A stretch of 51,200 bases of DNA. Origin: Nitrospinales bacterium (GTDB taxonomy: Bacteria > Nitrospinota > Nitrospinia > Nitrospinales > JAJDAT01). The position numbers were made by a program, and so were the translations under genes. Positions 1-9,212 of this stretch are shown here, in pieces. Positions within the stretch are counted from its first letter, which is position 1; the number at the start of each line of letters is the position of its first letter. The stretch spans positions 1 through 51,200 of the forward strand of contig JBHHYO010000011.1 of NCBI GenBank assembly GCA_046757665.1, given 5' to 3'. The notes under the pieces are model-generated. The model did no database searches and was not told where the DNA came from. It was given only the letters and a program-made list of their open reading frames with translations.

Positions 1-49
1 AGCCCGCCAAAAAAAGCAAACCCTAAAATAACCCATACCCATTAAAAAT

Positions 50-1372
50 ATGCCTCCGTTATCTCAGACCAAGCTGAAACAATTCGGCGAAGAAATGTAT
101 GAGATCCTGACTCGTTTGTTTCCCATTTGCCGTAGTATTACGGGCGATGGTGTACGGCAAACCTTGAGGATTTTGCAGGAACGCATCCCGCTAAAGATCA
201 TTGAGGTTCCTTCTGGAACGGAAGTCTTTGATTGGACCGTCCCGGATGAATGGAATATTTCCGATGCCTATATCCTGGACCCCGACGGCAACAAAATCAT
301 CGATTTTAAAGAAAACAACCTTCATGTGGTGGGATACAGCGAACCTGTAGATAAAAAACTCGGCCTCGATGAATTAAAGCCGCACTTGCATTCCCTTCCC
401 GATCTTCCGGACGTAATTCCCTATCTCACCAGCTATTACAAACGACGATGGGGGTTTTGCATGCGGCATAAGGATCTTCTTCAACTCAAGGAAGGGGAAT
501 ATACAGTTAAAATCGAATCTTCTTTAAAGCGCGGCTCGTTAACTCTGGCCGAATATATTTTGCCCGGAGAGCAAGAGGACGAAGCGCTTCTTTCCACATA
601 TACCTGCCATCCCTCGCTGGCTAACGACAACATATCCAGCGTGGTTATATTTGCCTATCTGGCAGGGCTATTGAGCAAGTTAAAACTCCGGTACACATAC
701 CGGTTTCTTTTTATTCCGGAGACCATCGGCGCGATCACCTATTTGAGTTTAAACAAGGACCATATCCTGTCGAGAACACGCGCCGGTCTGGTCGGTTCAC
801 ATTTGGGAAGCTCGCACTGCCTTCGTTACAAAAGGTCCAGAATGGGCAACGCGGAAATCGACCGCGTGGCCGAGCATGTCATGTCCAACTCTTCGCAAGG
901 GTATCAGGTCTATGACTACACGCCGAGGGGATCGGACGAAAGGCAATACTGCTCACCGGGGTTCAACCTGCCGGTTGGCCTGTTATCGCGAGTTGATCTT
1001 GATGCGGAAGGACCACCGAACGACTTTGGCCAATACCACACGTCATCAGATAATTTATCGTTGGTATCCGGCAAAAACCTTGCAGAAAGCTTGAACCTTA
1101 CCTACAACATCCTGAACGCGCTGGAAGTAAACCGCACTTACATCAACCAGGTGATGTTTTGCGAACCGCAACTGTCAAAACGTAATTTGCTTTCCGGATT
1201 GGGGGGCAACCGCCAGGCGACGGAAGAAAAACGAAGGATGATGTGGCTATTAAATTGTAGCGATGGCAAACATGATCTTTTGGACATTGCCGATAAAGTG
1301 CCCACCACTCTGAGTGAGATGGCCGAAACAGCCCAAAGACTGGTTGAAGCAGGGCTGATAAAACCTCAATAA
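50..1372 (+). CDS. DUF4910/DUF2172 family protein (M28 aminopeptidase-like domain with C-terminal winged HTH)
   Basis: Family motifs RSITGDGVRQTL, FDWTVPDEW, CHPSLANDN, PETIGAI, GSDERQYCSPGFNLP, YHTSSDN; C-terminal wHTH (SDGKHDLLDIA...LVEAGLI). Confidence 0.9.
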   Translation: MPPLSQTKLKQFGEEMYEILTRLFPICRSITGDGVRQTLRILQERIPLKIIEVPSGTEVFDWTVPDEWNISDAYILDPDGNKIIDFKENNLHVVGYSEPVDKKLGLDELKPHLHSLPDLPDVIPYLTSYYKRRWGFCMRHKDLLQLKEGEYTVKIESSLKRGSLTLAEYILPGEQEDEALLSTYTCHPSLANDNISSVVIFAYLAGLLSKLKLRYTYRFLFIPETIGAITYLSLNKDHILSRTRAGLVGSHLGSSHCLRYKRSRMGNAEIDRVAEHVMSNSSQGYQVYDYTPRGSDERQYCSPGFNLPVGLLSRVDLDAEGPPNDFGQYHTSSDNLSLVSGKNLAESLNLTYNILNALEVNRTYINQVMFCEPQLSKRNLLSGLGGNRQATEEKRRMMWLLNCSDGKHDLLDIADKVPTTLSEMAETAQRLVEAGLIKPQ

Positions 1373-1421
1373 CTTTTCTTGAACCAAAATTCCATTTTGG
1401 CTGAACAGGCAACGAACCAGA

Positions 1422-2612
1422 TTAGTCCGCCGCCGTGTTCGGGCGTGCACAGTAAAAGTCCCACAGGGGAAACGCTTCAGCAAAAGCATGTGCATGGGGA
1501 TTGATTAATTTTGCTTCTGGATCCACTTTTGGATGAATCAGGCTGGAAACCAGAAACCTCGCCTTGCCCAGAGCATTGATCACCTGATCTATAGTCGGAG
1601 CAACGTCGTAAAGCTTGTGACGATATTCGGTAATGACCGTCCAGGGGCGATCGGGGCTTCCAAACCAACCCGCCAGCCAAAATGTGCCGTTGGGTTCCAT
1701 GAGATGCAACGTCCCATCAGGTTTAATCAAGCGCCTGAATTCAAAAAGCAATCGATCCAGCGCGGCTCCTTGCGTCTGGTGCGTTTTTATATCATAAAAG
1801 AAAAATAACAACGCATCGCCCATATAAATCCGGTCAAAACTGGACGCGGGCAAAGACGATAAATAATTTTCGCAGGATATTGCATCCTCCAGGCGCATGA
1901 AGTTTATGCCCTGCCCCCAATTGGTTCGGGCGATTTCGATCAACTGCGCCGAGGTGTCGATGCCCAGTACTTCCGCGCCACGGGCTTTGAATTGTTGGGA
2001 AAAGAATCCGTTGCCGCAGGCGTAATCCAAAACTTTTCGGCCGCGCAAATCCATCGTCCCAAAATAGGATGAAAAGAAATGCCCCTGAACCCATTGATAA
2101 AGACCGGGTTTCAAATGTTTTCCATCCGGAGTAAATTTTTGATCATGCCACCACCGCCATTGCTCTTTGGTTCGACGGTTCAAAAACAGGTGGCGGCCAA
2201 CCGCCTGGTGAAACGTTCCCATGTGATTCTTGTCCAGAACCGTGGATTTGGGAGCCAGGAACTCGCTGTAACTGACACCGTCGGCGGGGTGCAAAGCCCA
2301 CGCATTTTTTAATGCCGCAAATAATTCTTCACCGCTCAATGCGTTACCCTTGTCCGCTTTACAACCGCTGGGGTCTATCATTAATCCTTCCGCATTCGAG
2401 AAACCCGTGCGCACCCACCCTTTCCCCTTGGACAATGCCTGAATCCAGTCGCTTGCAGATTTTTCAGAAGGAGCGCTCATCAGGGCCGTCATGGAGAAGG
2501 CGTCCACCTGAATATGACTTCGAACGCGCGGATTAGACAAAACCCAGATTCCGTCTCCAAGAGTTCGCAATAAAACGTCCTCGCAAACCTTGTATGTTAT
2601 TTGCTCAGTCAT
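1422..2612 (-). CDS. Class I SAM-dependent methyltransferase with ~180-aa N-terminal extension
   Basis: Motif I VLDYACGNG, GIDTS, FDRIY, RLIKPDG in the C-terminal half. Confidence 0.85.
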   Translation of the reverse strand: MTEQITYKVCEDVLLRTLGDGIWVLSNPRVRSHIQVDAFSMTALMSAPSEKSASDWIQALSKGKGWVRTGFSNAEGLMIDPSGCKADKGNALSGEELFAALKNAWALHPADGVSYSEFLAPKSTVLDKNHMGTFHQAVGRHLFLNRRTKEQWRWWHDQKFTPDGKHLKPGLYQWVQGHFFSSYFGTMDLRGRKVLDYACGNGFFSQQFKARGAEVLGIDTSAQLIEIARTNWGQGINFMRLEDAISCENYLSSLPASSFDRIYMGDALLFFFYDIKTHQTQGAALDRLLFEFRRLIKPDGTLHLMEPNGTFWLAGWFGSPDRPWTVITEYRHKLYDVAPTIDQVINALGKARFLVSSLIHPKVDPEAKLINPHAHAFAEAFPLWDFYCARPNTAAD

Positions 2613-2631
2613 GAACCATCCAACGGTTTTT

Positions 2632-3426
2632 TTATTTGCGTTTGGCCGTGATTTTTAAAAACTCCACCAGCAAGCCACTGCTGTTATAGAACGCAACTTC
2701 TCTTTCGCCGGCTTCCTGGGTTTTGATCATTTGACGTGCCTGGAGAGGAAAGCGCCGCTCCACCTCATCCAGGCTTGGAGTCAAAAATGAAAAACCACTC
2801 CATCCAAGCTCATCCACTTTTGGCTCAAAATCCCGGGTTTTATCTTCCATGAGGAGCACCCTTACTCCCAGCCGGGAATATAAAGGAAGTCGAAATTCCC
2901 AGCAGACTCCAGCGCAAGAAAAAATTTCACCGATCTCTTTTTCTTCCCGCTGATCCAATGTCACTTTTTTAAAACCCAAAGTTGCCAGAAAATTACCGGA
3001 AGCTTTTATATCCACCGTCGCCGCAACCAAACAAACAGGAGCGGAGCAACCAGGGCTTGAAATAATACGGTTGCCTTCATCATCCTCGACATCCCGTTTT
3101 TCAGGAGCTTGCATTAACAAGGTTAATGCAGAATTCGCGGATCGCCTGGTTTGCCGATTTATTGGCTTATGACAAATGAACTCAATACCTGGGCCAACCA
3201 TGGGTTTGGAAAAATTCAGGTAAGACAGATCAACACAACTTGCGTTTTGATTATGAAGTAATTTTTGCTTTTTCTCGTCGGGGACGAGGAGGTTCCAGGC
3301 GAACTCCATCGTCAAGCCCCGGGATTGCCAAAAAGCAACTTGTTTGTCGATGTCTTCTGTTTCCCCATAAATGTGGGACAGGCCCAAAATCAAATGGCGT
3401 GATAGCGGTTTTGGATTTTCAGGCAC
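2632..3426 (-). CDS. Tandem VOC/glyoxalase-like protein
   Basis: VOC-like segments GLSHIYGETEDIDKQVAFW, GIEFI, TVDIKASGNFLATLGF, FSFLTPSLDE, FYNSSGLLVEFL. Start moved to GTG 3426 (AAGG upstream, just after the stop of the preceding gene); ORF track start 3597. Confidence 0.6.
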   Translation of the reverse strand: MPENPKPLSRHLILGLSHIYGETEDIDKQVAFWQSRGLTMEFAWNLLVPDEKKQKLLHNQNASCVDLSYLNFSKPMVGPGIEFICHKPINRQTRRSANSALTLLMQAPEKRDVEDDEGNRIISSPGCSAPVCLVAATVDIKASGNFLATLGFKKVTLDQREEKEIGEIFSCAGVCWEFRLPLYSRLGVRVLLMEDKTRDFEPKVDELGWSGFSFLTPSLDEVERRFPLQARQMIKTQEAGEREVAFYNSSGLLVEFLKITAKRK

Positions 3427-3436
3427 GAGTACAGCC

Positions 3437-4843
3437 TTAATGGGTGATATGAGAACGGATTTGCTCGAGCAAAGTTTGGGCATTGACTCGATCGACCTTG
3501 CCATTTGGAGTTCGGGGAATTTTGTGAATCTGGTAAACCGCGGCAGGACGGGCCTTCGAGCCCAGGCTATGCGCGCAAACGTCCGCAAGCGCGACAAAAT
3601 CCACAGGCTCCACTGTCTGGACCAAAGCGACCGGGCGTTCCGCTCCTTGTTCGTCCCTCACACCGAGAACCACAGCATCCTCCACACCCTGGTAGCCGCA
3701 GAGCACGTTTTCCATCTGCTCCGAACTGATCTTGACGCCTTCGACATTGATCATGGTGGAACGGCGTCCGGTGAGAGTCAACCGGCCAGCCTCATCAATA
3801 ATACCGATATCTTCGCTCACAAAAGATTGGTTTGTGCCGCCCCTCGAAAAACTGAAAGTAATTTTTGCTCCCTCACAACTTGCATAACCTGGCGCAACCG
3901 CACCGTTGTGAATGACTAAAATTCCGTCCTCGCCAACCGTAACTGCCTGCGCCCCCCCGACAATAACGCCGGCGGAAAACTCTTCCTCAGCCTTTCTGCC
4001 CGGCAACTCAATACTGACGATCAAAGTTTCCGTCAAGCCATACGATTGCAGAACCGGCTTGCCAAACAAATTTTCAGCCGCAATGCAATCTTCCTGGCTC
4101 AAGGGAGCAGTACAAGATATCAGGGCACGCACCCCGTGCAAATCGGGCTCAAGAGCGCGGCGGCGCAACAAGTTGAGAATAGTGGGATTGATCCAAAGCA
4201 AATCGGGCTTCTGCGACCGAATCATCTCAATAAAACCGGATAATCGCAGAGCGGAAGCCACCGGCCCGACAAGGGCTTTTCCACCCGTCAAAATGGGGAG
4301 CAAAAATGAATTGTAAAGCCCATTGGTATAACACTGGCTCATGCTACCCAGATGTAGCAAATCCGTCCCCAGCCCCAAGGTATTCATAACATCTTCAGCG
4401 TTCTTTTTAACGGCGGACAGGGAAAGAGGAATGGCTTTGGGTCTATCGGTCGAACCGGAAGAGTGCATGACCCAATAAATATCGTCAGGCCAAAGCGGTT
4501 TTTCTTGTTGTTGGGAAAGGGGGGAAATGCCGCTCTTGTCCACTTTGAAACGGCATCCGGTATTTTCCCATAAACGGCGCCGTTCCGCGTCGGGTATCGT
4601 GGGCGGCAATGGTATGGCGACCGCGTTCAATCGCGCCAATCCAATATAGGCCAGCAAGCAATCGGGGCCATTATCAAAACAAATCCCAACCGCTTCGCGA
4701 GGCTGTATCCCGAAACTTTGCCACGCCGCCAGGCGCCGCTCGACTTCAGACGGGGATAGCGCTCCGCTAACTGTAAGGAGGCGTTTTTCCAGGAGCGCTT
4801 GCGTAAAGATTTCATCCAGAGGATTGCTGGTTTTCATCCGCAT
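3437..4843 (-). CDS. Class I adenylate-forming enzyme (acyl-CoA/acyl-ACP ligase)
   Basis: HSSGSTDRPK P-loop, SYGLTE, SEDIG, GRRSTMINVEG, PRTPNGKVDR; start ATG 4843 immediately after the cyclase-gene stop. Confidence 0.88.
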   Translation of the reverse strand: MRMKTSNPLDEIFTQALLEKRLLTVSGALSPSEVERRLAAWQSFGIQPREAVGICFDNGPDCLLAYIGLARLNAVAIPLPPTIPDAERRRLWENTGCRFKVDKSGISPLSQQQEKPLWPDDIYWVMHSSGSTDRPKAIPLSLSAVKKNAEDVMNTLGLGTDLLHLGSMSQCYTNGLYNSFLLPILTGGKALVGPVASALRLSGFIEMIRSQKPDLLWINPTILNLLRRRALEPDLHGVRALISCTAPLSQEDCIAAENLFGKPVLQSYGLTETLIVSIELPGRKAEEEFSAGVIVGGAQAVTVGEDGILVIHNGAVAPGYASCEGAKITFSFSRGGTNQSFVSEDIGIIDEAGRLTLTGRRSTMINVEGVKISSEQMENVLCGYQGVEDAVVLGVRDEQGAERPVALVQTVEPVDFVALADVCAHSLGSKARPAAVYQIHKIPRTPNGKVDRVNAQTLLEQIRSHITH

Positions 4844-4845
4844 TG

Positions 4846-5541
4846 TTACGGCAGTATTTTTCCCAAACTCGCCAACTCGTTTAATGGAAAGACCGCTACG
4901 GCACGGCAGGGGCAACCATCACCGCCTTTTAGCTTGGGTGGAGCGGCGCTGAGGAAAAACCATTCATCCACTTCGTCCAGCCGCAGAAGATTTTCCAGAA
5001 GCACAATATCGCGCCCGAGCAATATCAGGTGATTGGGAGCCGATTTGCCGATAACCATATTGTCTTTTGAATCGATGTTGGGAAAATCCATACCCAGAAG
5101 ATGCAACTTGGGCAAATCGGCCAAATACCGAGTCGCCGCCGGAGTCAGAAAGGGGCCTTCGGTAAAATATTCCTGGGAGCCCCATGTTTGCCTGGCCCAG
5201 CCTGTATCCAGTATCAGTTTTTCACAGCGCTCCAGATTCTCCATCGCTTCAAATTCCTGAACATCCAAAGGGCTGGTTTTGTCACGCGCCGCAAAACGGA
5301 GAATCCGGGCGGGACCGACCAGTTGAGACAAGGGAATCCGATCCACCGTATTGCCCTGTGGAATGGCATGAAATGGCGCGTCAATATGGGTGGCAACATG
5401 AGTGCCGAAGGTTACGGATTGAGCGGAACGAGCTTCTTTTTCATGAGTGGCAACAGATTTTATTTGTACCTTCGGCATATAGGGCGAGGGATATTGGACC
5501 ATGCCGTTTGCCAGGAATGTCGAAAGGTCTAAAATAACCAC
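4846..5541 (-). CDS. Cyclase family metal-dependent hydrolase (kynurenine formamidase-like)
   Basis: THVATHIDAPFH (HxGTHxDxPxH variant), LGMDFPNID, LLENL, GGDGCPCRAVA; GTG start. Confidence 0.88.
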   Translation of the reverse strand: MVILDLSTFLANGMVQYPSPYMPKVQIKSVATHEKEARSAQSVTFGTHVATHIDAPFHAIPQGNTVDRIPLSQLVGPARILRFAARDKTSPLDVQEFEAMENLERCEKLILDTGWARQTWGSQEYFTEGPFLTPAATRYLADLPKLHLLGMDFPNIDSKDNMVIGKSAPNHLILLGRDIVLLENLLRLDEVDEWFFLSAAPPKLKGGDGCPCRAVAVFPLNELASLGKILP

Positions 5542-5592
5542 TGATGCACCCAGGAATTTTTGATTGAGTTCTTCAAAAAAGCAATGAGAAAC

Positions 5593-5838
5593 CTATACGT
5601 TTTGCAACTTGCTCTCTATCAAGACGGACAGAGCTTTAATGGAATTAAAGTTTGTTTCATCCATTTCATCTTCACTAAAAACAACTTGAAATTTTTCCTC
5701 GCTGAACTCGATGAGACCGAGTATCCCAAGTGAGTCCAGCAAGCCACTTGAAATAAGCGGACTATCCGGGGTAAGAGCCAATTTTTTGTCTGCAAAAAAC
5801 GATTCCAAATAGCCTTGCAACTCCATTTCGACATTCAT
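5593..5838 (-). CDS. Stand-alone acyl carrier protein
   Basis: Acidic ~80 aa protein, GLLDSLG phosphopantetheinylation motif, C-terminal NFNSIKAL; start uncertain (ORF open to 5895). Confidence 0.85.
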   Translation of the reverse strand: MNVEMELQGYLESFFADKKLALTPDSPLISSGLLDSLGILGLIEFSEEKFQVVFSEDEMDETNFNSIKALSVLIESKLQNV

Positions 5839-5928
5839 TGATTTTTTTGTCGTGTTAAGCGATGTGCGGGATGTCTGTGGCATTATATTTTTCAATAATC
5901 GTTTGTTTGATTAATTTATATTCCGGTT

Positions 5929-6729
5929 TTAATTTTTCCCTGTCGCAGTCTTGACCAACCTGGATCGCAAAAACTCCGGATTTTTTACAAATGCGAATGG
6001 ATCGCTGGTGATCCTGGGCATCAAAACGGTAACCAGGGATCGAGCGCCAATCTCGGCAACCCGCCCTTGCCCCAGGGGAAAACTACGCATCCCTCCCTCA
6101 AGTAAAATGGTATCCAGATGCGGCCATGTGTTTGACGCCAGAGGATCCAGGTTGCGAACAAATAAACGTTCCATTAAAGGTTCACGTTTACCATCACGGA
6201 TCATCTCTCCCGCAAATTCCTTGAGGTAACGGTATGGACATTGAGCCAGCCACTCCACACGGTGCAAAAAACTGCACATTCTCCAGGGAACCCCAAGAAC
6301 CAGCACGTGTGCATCCTTGTGTTCTATCCATTCAAACAAAGACCCGTCTCCCCATGCGTCCCGGGGCCTTAGATTTGCGACTTCATCCGCCTGGGGCCCC
6401 AGGGCGGCAAATGAAAAGAAAGCGCTTGCCGTGCGCCGGGCCCTGGGGGTTTTTCTCAGCAATTCATTTACAATTCCGGTGTTGCCCGGTTCGTTATCCA
6501 GATCAATTACGCCATCATTAAATCCGGACGTGTAACAGGGCATAAGCAAGGTTCGATCCGGCCCTACAATCTCCAGTATTTTGCCCAATATAGCTTCGGG
6601 AACATCTTTTAAAGGCATGGGGAAAATCCGCGCAAAAGTCCATATCCCCGTGTAGGCAACTACCGGCCGGTTATCCCGAGGCAACAAGGTGGCCAATAAA
6701 TCGCCGAACTCATCCAACGTTAGATTCAT
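5929..6729 (-). CDS. AAC(3)/Antibiotic_NAT family N-acyltransferase
   Basis: TLLMPCYT, GIVNELLR, SFAALG, AWGDGSLF, VLVLGV, SFLHRVE, PYRYLKEF; start ATG 6729 or 6750. Confidence 0.88.
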   Translation of the reverse strand: MNLTLDEFGDLLATLLPRDNRPVVAYTGIWTFARIFPMPLKDVPEAILGKILEIVGPDRTLLMPCYTSGFNDGVIDLDNEPGNTGIVNELLRKTPRARRTASAFFSFAALGPQADEVANLRPRDAWGDGSLFEWIEHKDAHVLVLGVPWRMCSFLHRVEWLAQCPYRYLKEFAGEMIRDGKREPLMERLFVRNLDPLASNTWPHLDTILLEGGMRSFPLGQGRVAEIGARSLVTVLMPRITSDPFAFVKNPEFLRSRLVKTATGKN

Positions 6730-6793
6730 TCCTTTTCCTTCCGGTGTCATCGATGACGATTAAACAAGGATGCTTATGCAAAGGTCTCTTCCT

Positions 6794-8086
6794 TTAAGAG
6801 CCGCCAACTTTCATCTTCGGGGAAGACGAGGCTTGCAAGAGATGGTTGACCACGATCTTTTTTTTCACCATGCCTTCAAATTTGAGAATTTTGGTGGTGT
6901 GTGCCGGTGAGCAAGTCACATGGATTTCGGTTTCATTCACCTTGACCTCGCAATCCGTATTTTCAGAAGACACGTTGATGTGTATAGGAAGATTAAGCTT
7001 GACCGCCATCCGGGCTATTTCATCCGGCGACGATGAGTCGGGTTTGACCAAGGAAACATTTCCCAACTGTTGGGAAAAGACATCCGCCGGCAAAGCCTTG
7101 CGGGTTGCCTTCGCAAGTGTTTCCTCCGACAAATTGAGACAGTCCAGTTCGCCCACCTCCGCGATCAGACTGTAAAAAAGTTTTTTTTCCTTGCCGGCCA
7201 TGTGCCGGATTCGGTCGGAATACATTGAATGAACCCTGGCGCAACCCAGGACAACTTTTTCGGTGTTATCCCATCGGTTTTTAAGCAAGGGAGCAATAGC
7301 TTGTTCCGCCAGCTCAATAATTAAAATAGGATCCAAATCCTTGCAAACCCCAAAATGGCGTCTCAATACAATAACCATAACTTCCGTTGGTGTGTTTCCG
7401 GAACAACGCCCCATACCCAAAAGCGACGAGTCCACCAATGAGGCTCCATTTTCCATGGCGGCTATGCAATTCGCGACGGCCAGGTTCAGGTTATTGTGAC
7501 CATGAAACCCGATCGGCAAATCGACCACACTACGCATTGCCTGAATGTACTGGATGACCTGGCTGGGGAGCATACTGCCCGCGGAATCTACCAGATACAC
7601 CAAATCGCTTCCATAATCGGCGCTGAGCTTTACAACCCTGGAAAACTCTTCGGGGGGAAGAGCGTAGGACTTCATGAAATTGGTGCAGACATATAAACCA
7701 AGCTTTTTTGCTTCCGCAATGAATGGCTCGCTGGTTTCCACTTTGTCGATATTTATGCCAATTCGCACAAATTGCAAACCTTCGTCAATGCAAGCCCGCA
7801 AATCCTCCAACCGCGCAATGCCGGGGATGCAAAACATGCCTATTCTGGCTTTTCGAGTACCCGCCCGGGCGGCTCGGACGTATTCCAGGTCGCTGGCCGC
7901 CGCCCTGCCTTTGGTCAGGCTGGCATTGATGCCCAATCCATGACCGACTTCAATTAATCGGACTCCCAGTTTTTCCAGAGAGTGAGAAAGAATTTCCGTG
8001 TCGCGGGCAGTAAACTGGAAATCGATCACATAGCTACCATCCCGAAGGGTGGTATCAAGAATAGGAACTTCGCTATCCAGGAACAT
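6794..8086 (-). CDS. DRE-TIM metallolyase, 4-hydroxy-2-oxovalerate aldolase (DmpG)-like, with C-terminal extension
   Basis: LDTTLRDG, IEVGHGLG, YLVDSAGSM, GFHGHNN, GMGRCSGN. Confidence 0.82.
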   Translation of the reverse strand: MFLDSEVPILDTTLRDGSYVIDFQFTARDTEILSHSLEKLGVRLIEVGHGLGINASLTKGRAAASDLEYVRAARAGTRKARIGMFCIPGIARLEDLRACIDEGLQFVRIGINIDKVETSEPFIAEAKKLGLYVCTNFMKSYALPPEEFSRVVKLSADYGSDLVYLVDSAGSMLPSQVIQYIQAMRSVVDLPIGFHGHNNLNLAVANCIAAMENGASLVDSSLLGMGRCSGNTPTEVMVIVLRRHFGVCKDLDPILIIELAEQAIAPLLKNRWDNTEKVVLGCARVHSMYSDRIRHMAGKEKKLFYSLIAEVGELDCLNLSEETLAKATRKALPADVFSQQLGNVSLVKPDSSSPDEIARMAVKLNLPIHINVSSENTDCEVKVNETEIHVTCSPAHTTKILKFEGMVKKKIVVNHLLQASSSPKMKVGGS

Positions 8087-8209
8087 TAAGACCTAGCACT
8101 TGTTCCACTGAATGATATTTGGGTATTTTCCAAAAATTCGTGGACACGAGAAAGGTTTAGCTGAGGGAAAAATCAAGCCAGCCGGGATTGACAAGGGAAA
8201 GCAAACCGC

Positions 8210-8482
8210 TCAATTCAAAAATTTTCTTTTTTTGTTTCTGCCGAATTCCATCATCGACAGGTCGCGGTTCATTTCCAGCTTTTTAAACTCCTCCCAGTTG
8301 TCCCGAAACAGGTTGAAGCCAACGAGGTCGAGAGCCTGCATGATTTCTCCGTCGGAAAAACCACCTTCCGTTTCCTCGACCTCTTTCAGGGTGTCTTCAA
8401 AGGCTTGAAACAATCTGCCGAAACGTTCTTCATCTTCGAAGGTTTCAAACGTGATGAAATTTTTCATAAAATCATAAGCCAT
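8210..8482 (-). CDS. Hypothetical acidic small protein (90 aa)
   Basis: ORF with AAGGGGG RBS before ATG 8482; codirectional with flanking genes. Confidence 0.6.
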   Translation of the reverse strand: MAYDFMKNFITFETFEDEERFGRLFQAFEDTLKEVEETEGGFSDGEIMQALDLVGFNLFRDNWEEFKKLEMNRDLSMMEFGRNKKRKFLN

Positions 8483-8544
8483 GGTGTGATCCCCCTTGAT
8501 GATTTCGGGTAAGACGTTGAGAGGCGGATGAACCCTGCCGATCG

Positions 8545-9201
8545 TCAACTCATTTTAGAGTAAAAATTTCTCACTGCCAATAAAAAATCTTCAATATCGG
8601 CGCGAATGAGGTCAAACTTGCGGTTAGTCATGCGTTCCGGGGAGAAGACAGATCCTCCCACGGCCAAGGCGGATGCTCCGGCGGCGAGGTAATCGCCGAT
8701 ATTATGCGGTCCGACCCCGCCCACGGCCATCAAGCGAATTTCAGGAAACGGGCCTTTGATGTCGCGGAAGTATTCGGGTCCCAATTGGGAAGCGGGGAAA
8801 ACTTTAACCATGGCCGCCCGCGCCCGCCAGGCTTTCTCGATTTCAGTAGGTGTAAACGCGCCGGGGAAAAAAGCAAGGTCCTGATCGCGGCAAAAAGCCG
8901 CAACGTCATCGTTCAATGTCGGCGTGACGATGAACCGTGCCCCAGAAGCCAGTGCCGTCTGGGCATCCTGGCGGCAAAGAACCGTCCCCGCGCCTATACA
9001 AAGGCTCCGCGAATAATCCCTGACCGCCTGCTCGATCAGTTCGGGCGCGTTTTGCGTATTGAGGGTGATTTCAACGAACCGCAATCCCCCGGTTATCGCC
9101 GCTTCAAGAACGCCCTGAAGCGATTCGCGCGTCACACCGCGGATAATCCCCAGAACGGGTTCTTCCTCGAAACGGGTCTGGTTAAATCCGTCGGAGGGCA
9201 T
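8545..9201 (-). CDS. eda: KDPG/KHG aldolase
   Basis: VEITL, IGAGTV, GARFIVTP, PGAFTPTEI, VKVFPA, IKGPFP, MAVGGV; start ATG 9201. Confidence 0.9.
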   Translation of the reverse strand: MPSDGFNQTRFEEEPVLGIIRGVTRESLQGVLEAAITGGLRFVEITLNTQNAPELIEQAVRDYSRSLCIGAGTVLCRQDAQTALASGARFIVTPTLNDDVAAFCRDQDLAFFPGAFTPTEIEKAWRARAAMVKVFPASQLGPEYFRDIKGPFPEIRLMAVGGVGPHNIGDYLAAGASALAVGGSVFSPERMTNRKFDLIRADIEDFLLAVRNFYSKMS

Positions 9202-9212
9202 CAGGGAGTCGC

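Noticed and set aside
5929-6729. Aminoglycoside resistance gene aac(3)
   Set aside because: Embedded in a biosynthetic operon with ACP and ligase, no mobile context; family membership alone does not imply resistance
50-8086. Phase-variable homopolymer tracts as in Campylobacter Cj1295, or a phosphonate (FR-900098-like) pathway
   Set aside because: The G/C runs I noticed are only 6-7 nt; no PEP mutase gene is seen in the window, though the region to the left is unseen
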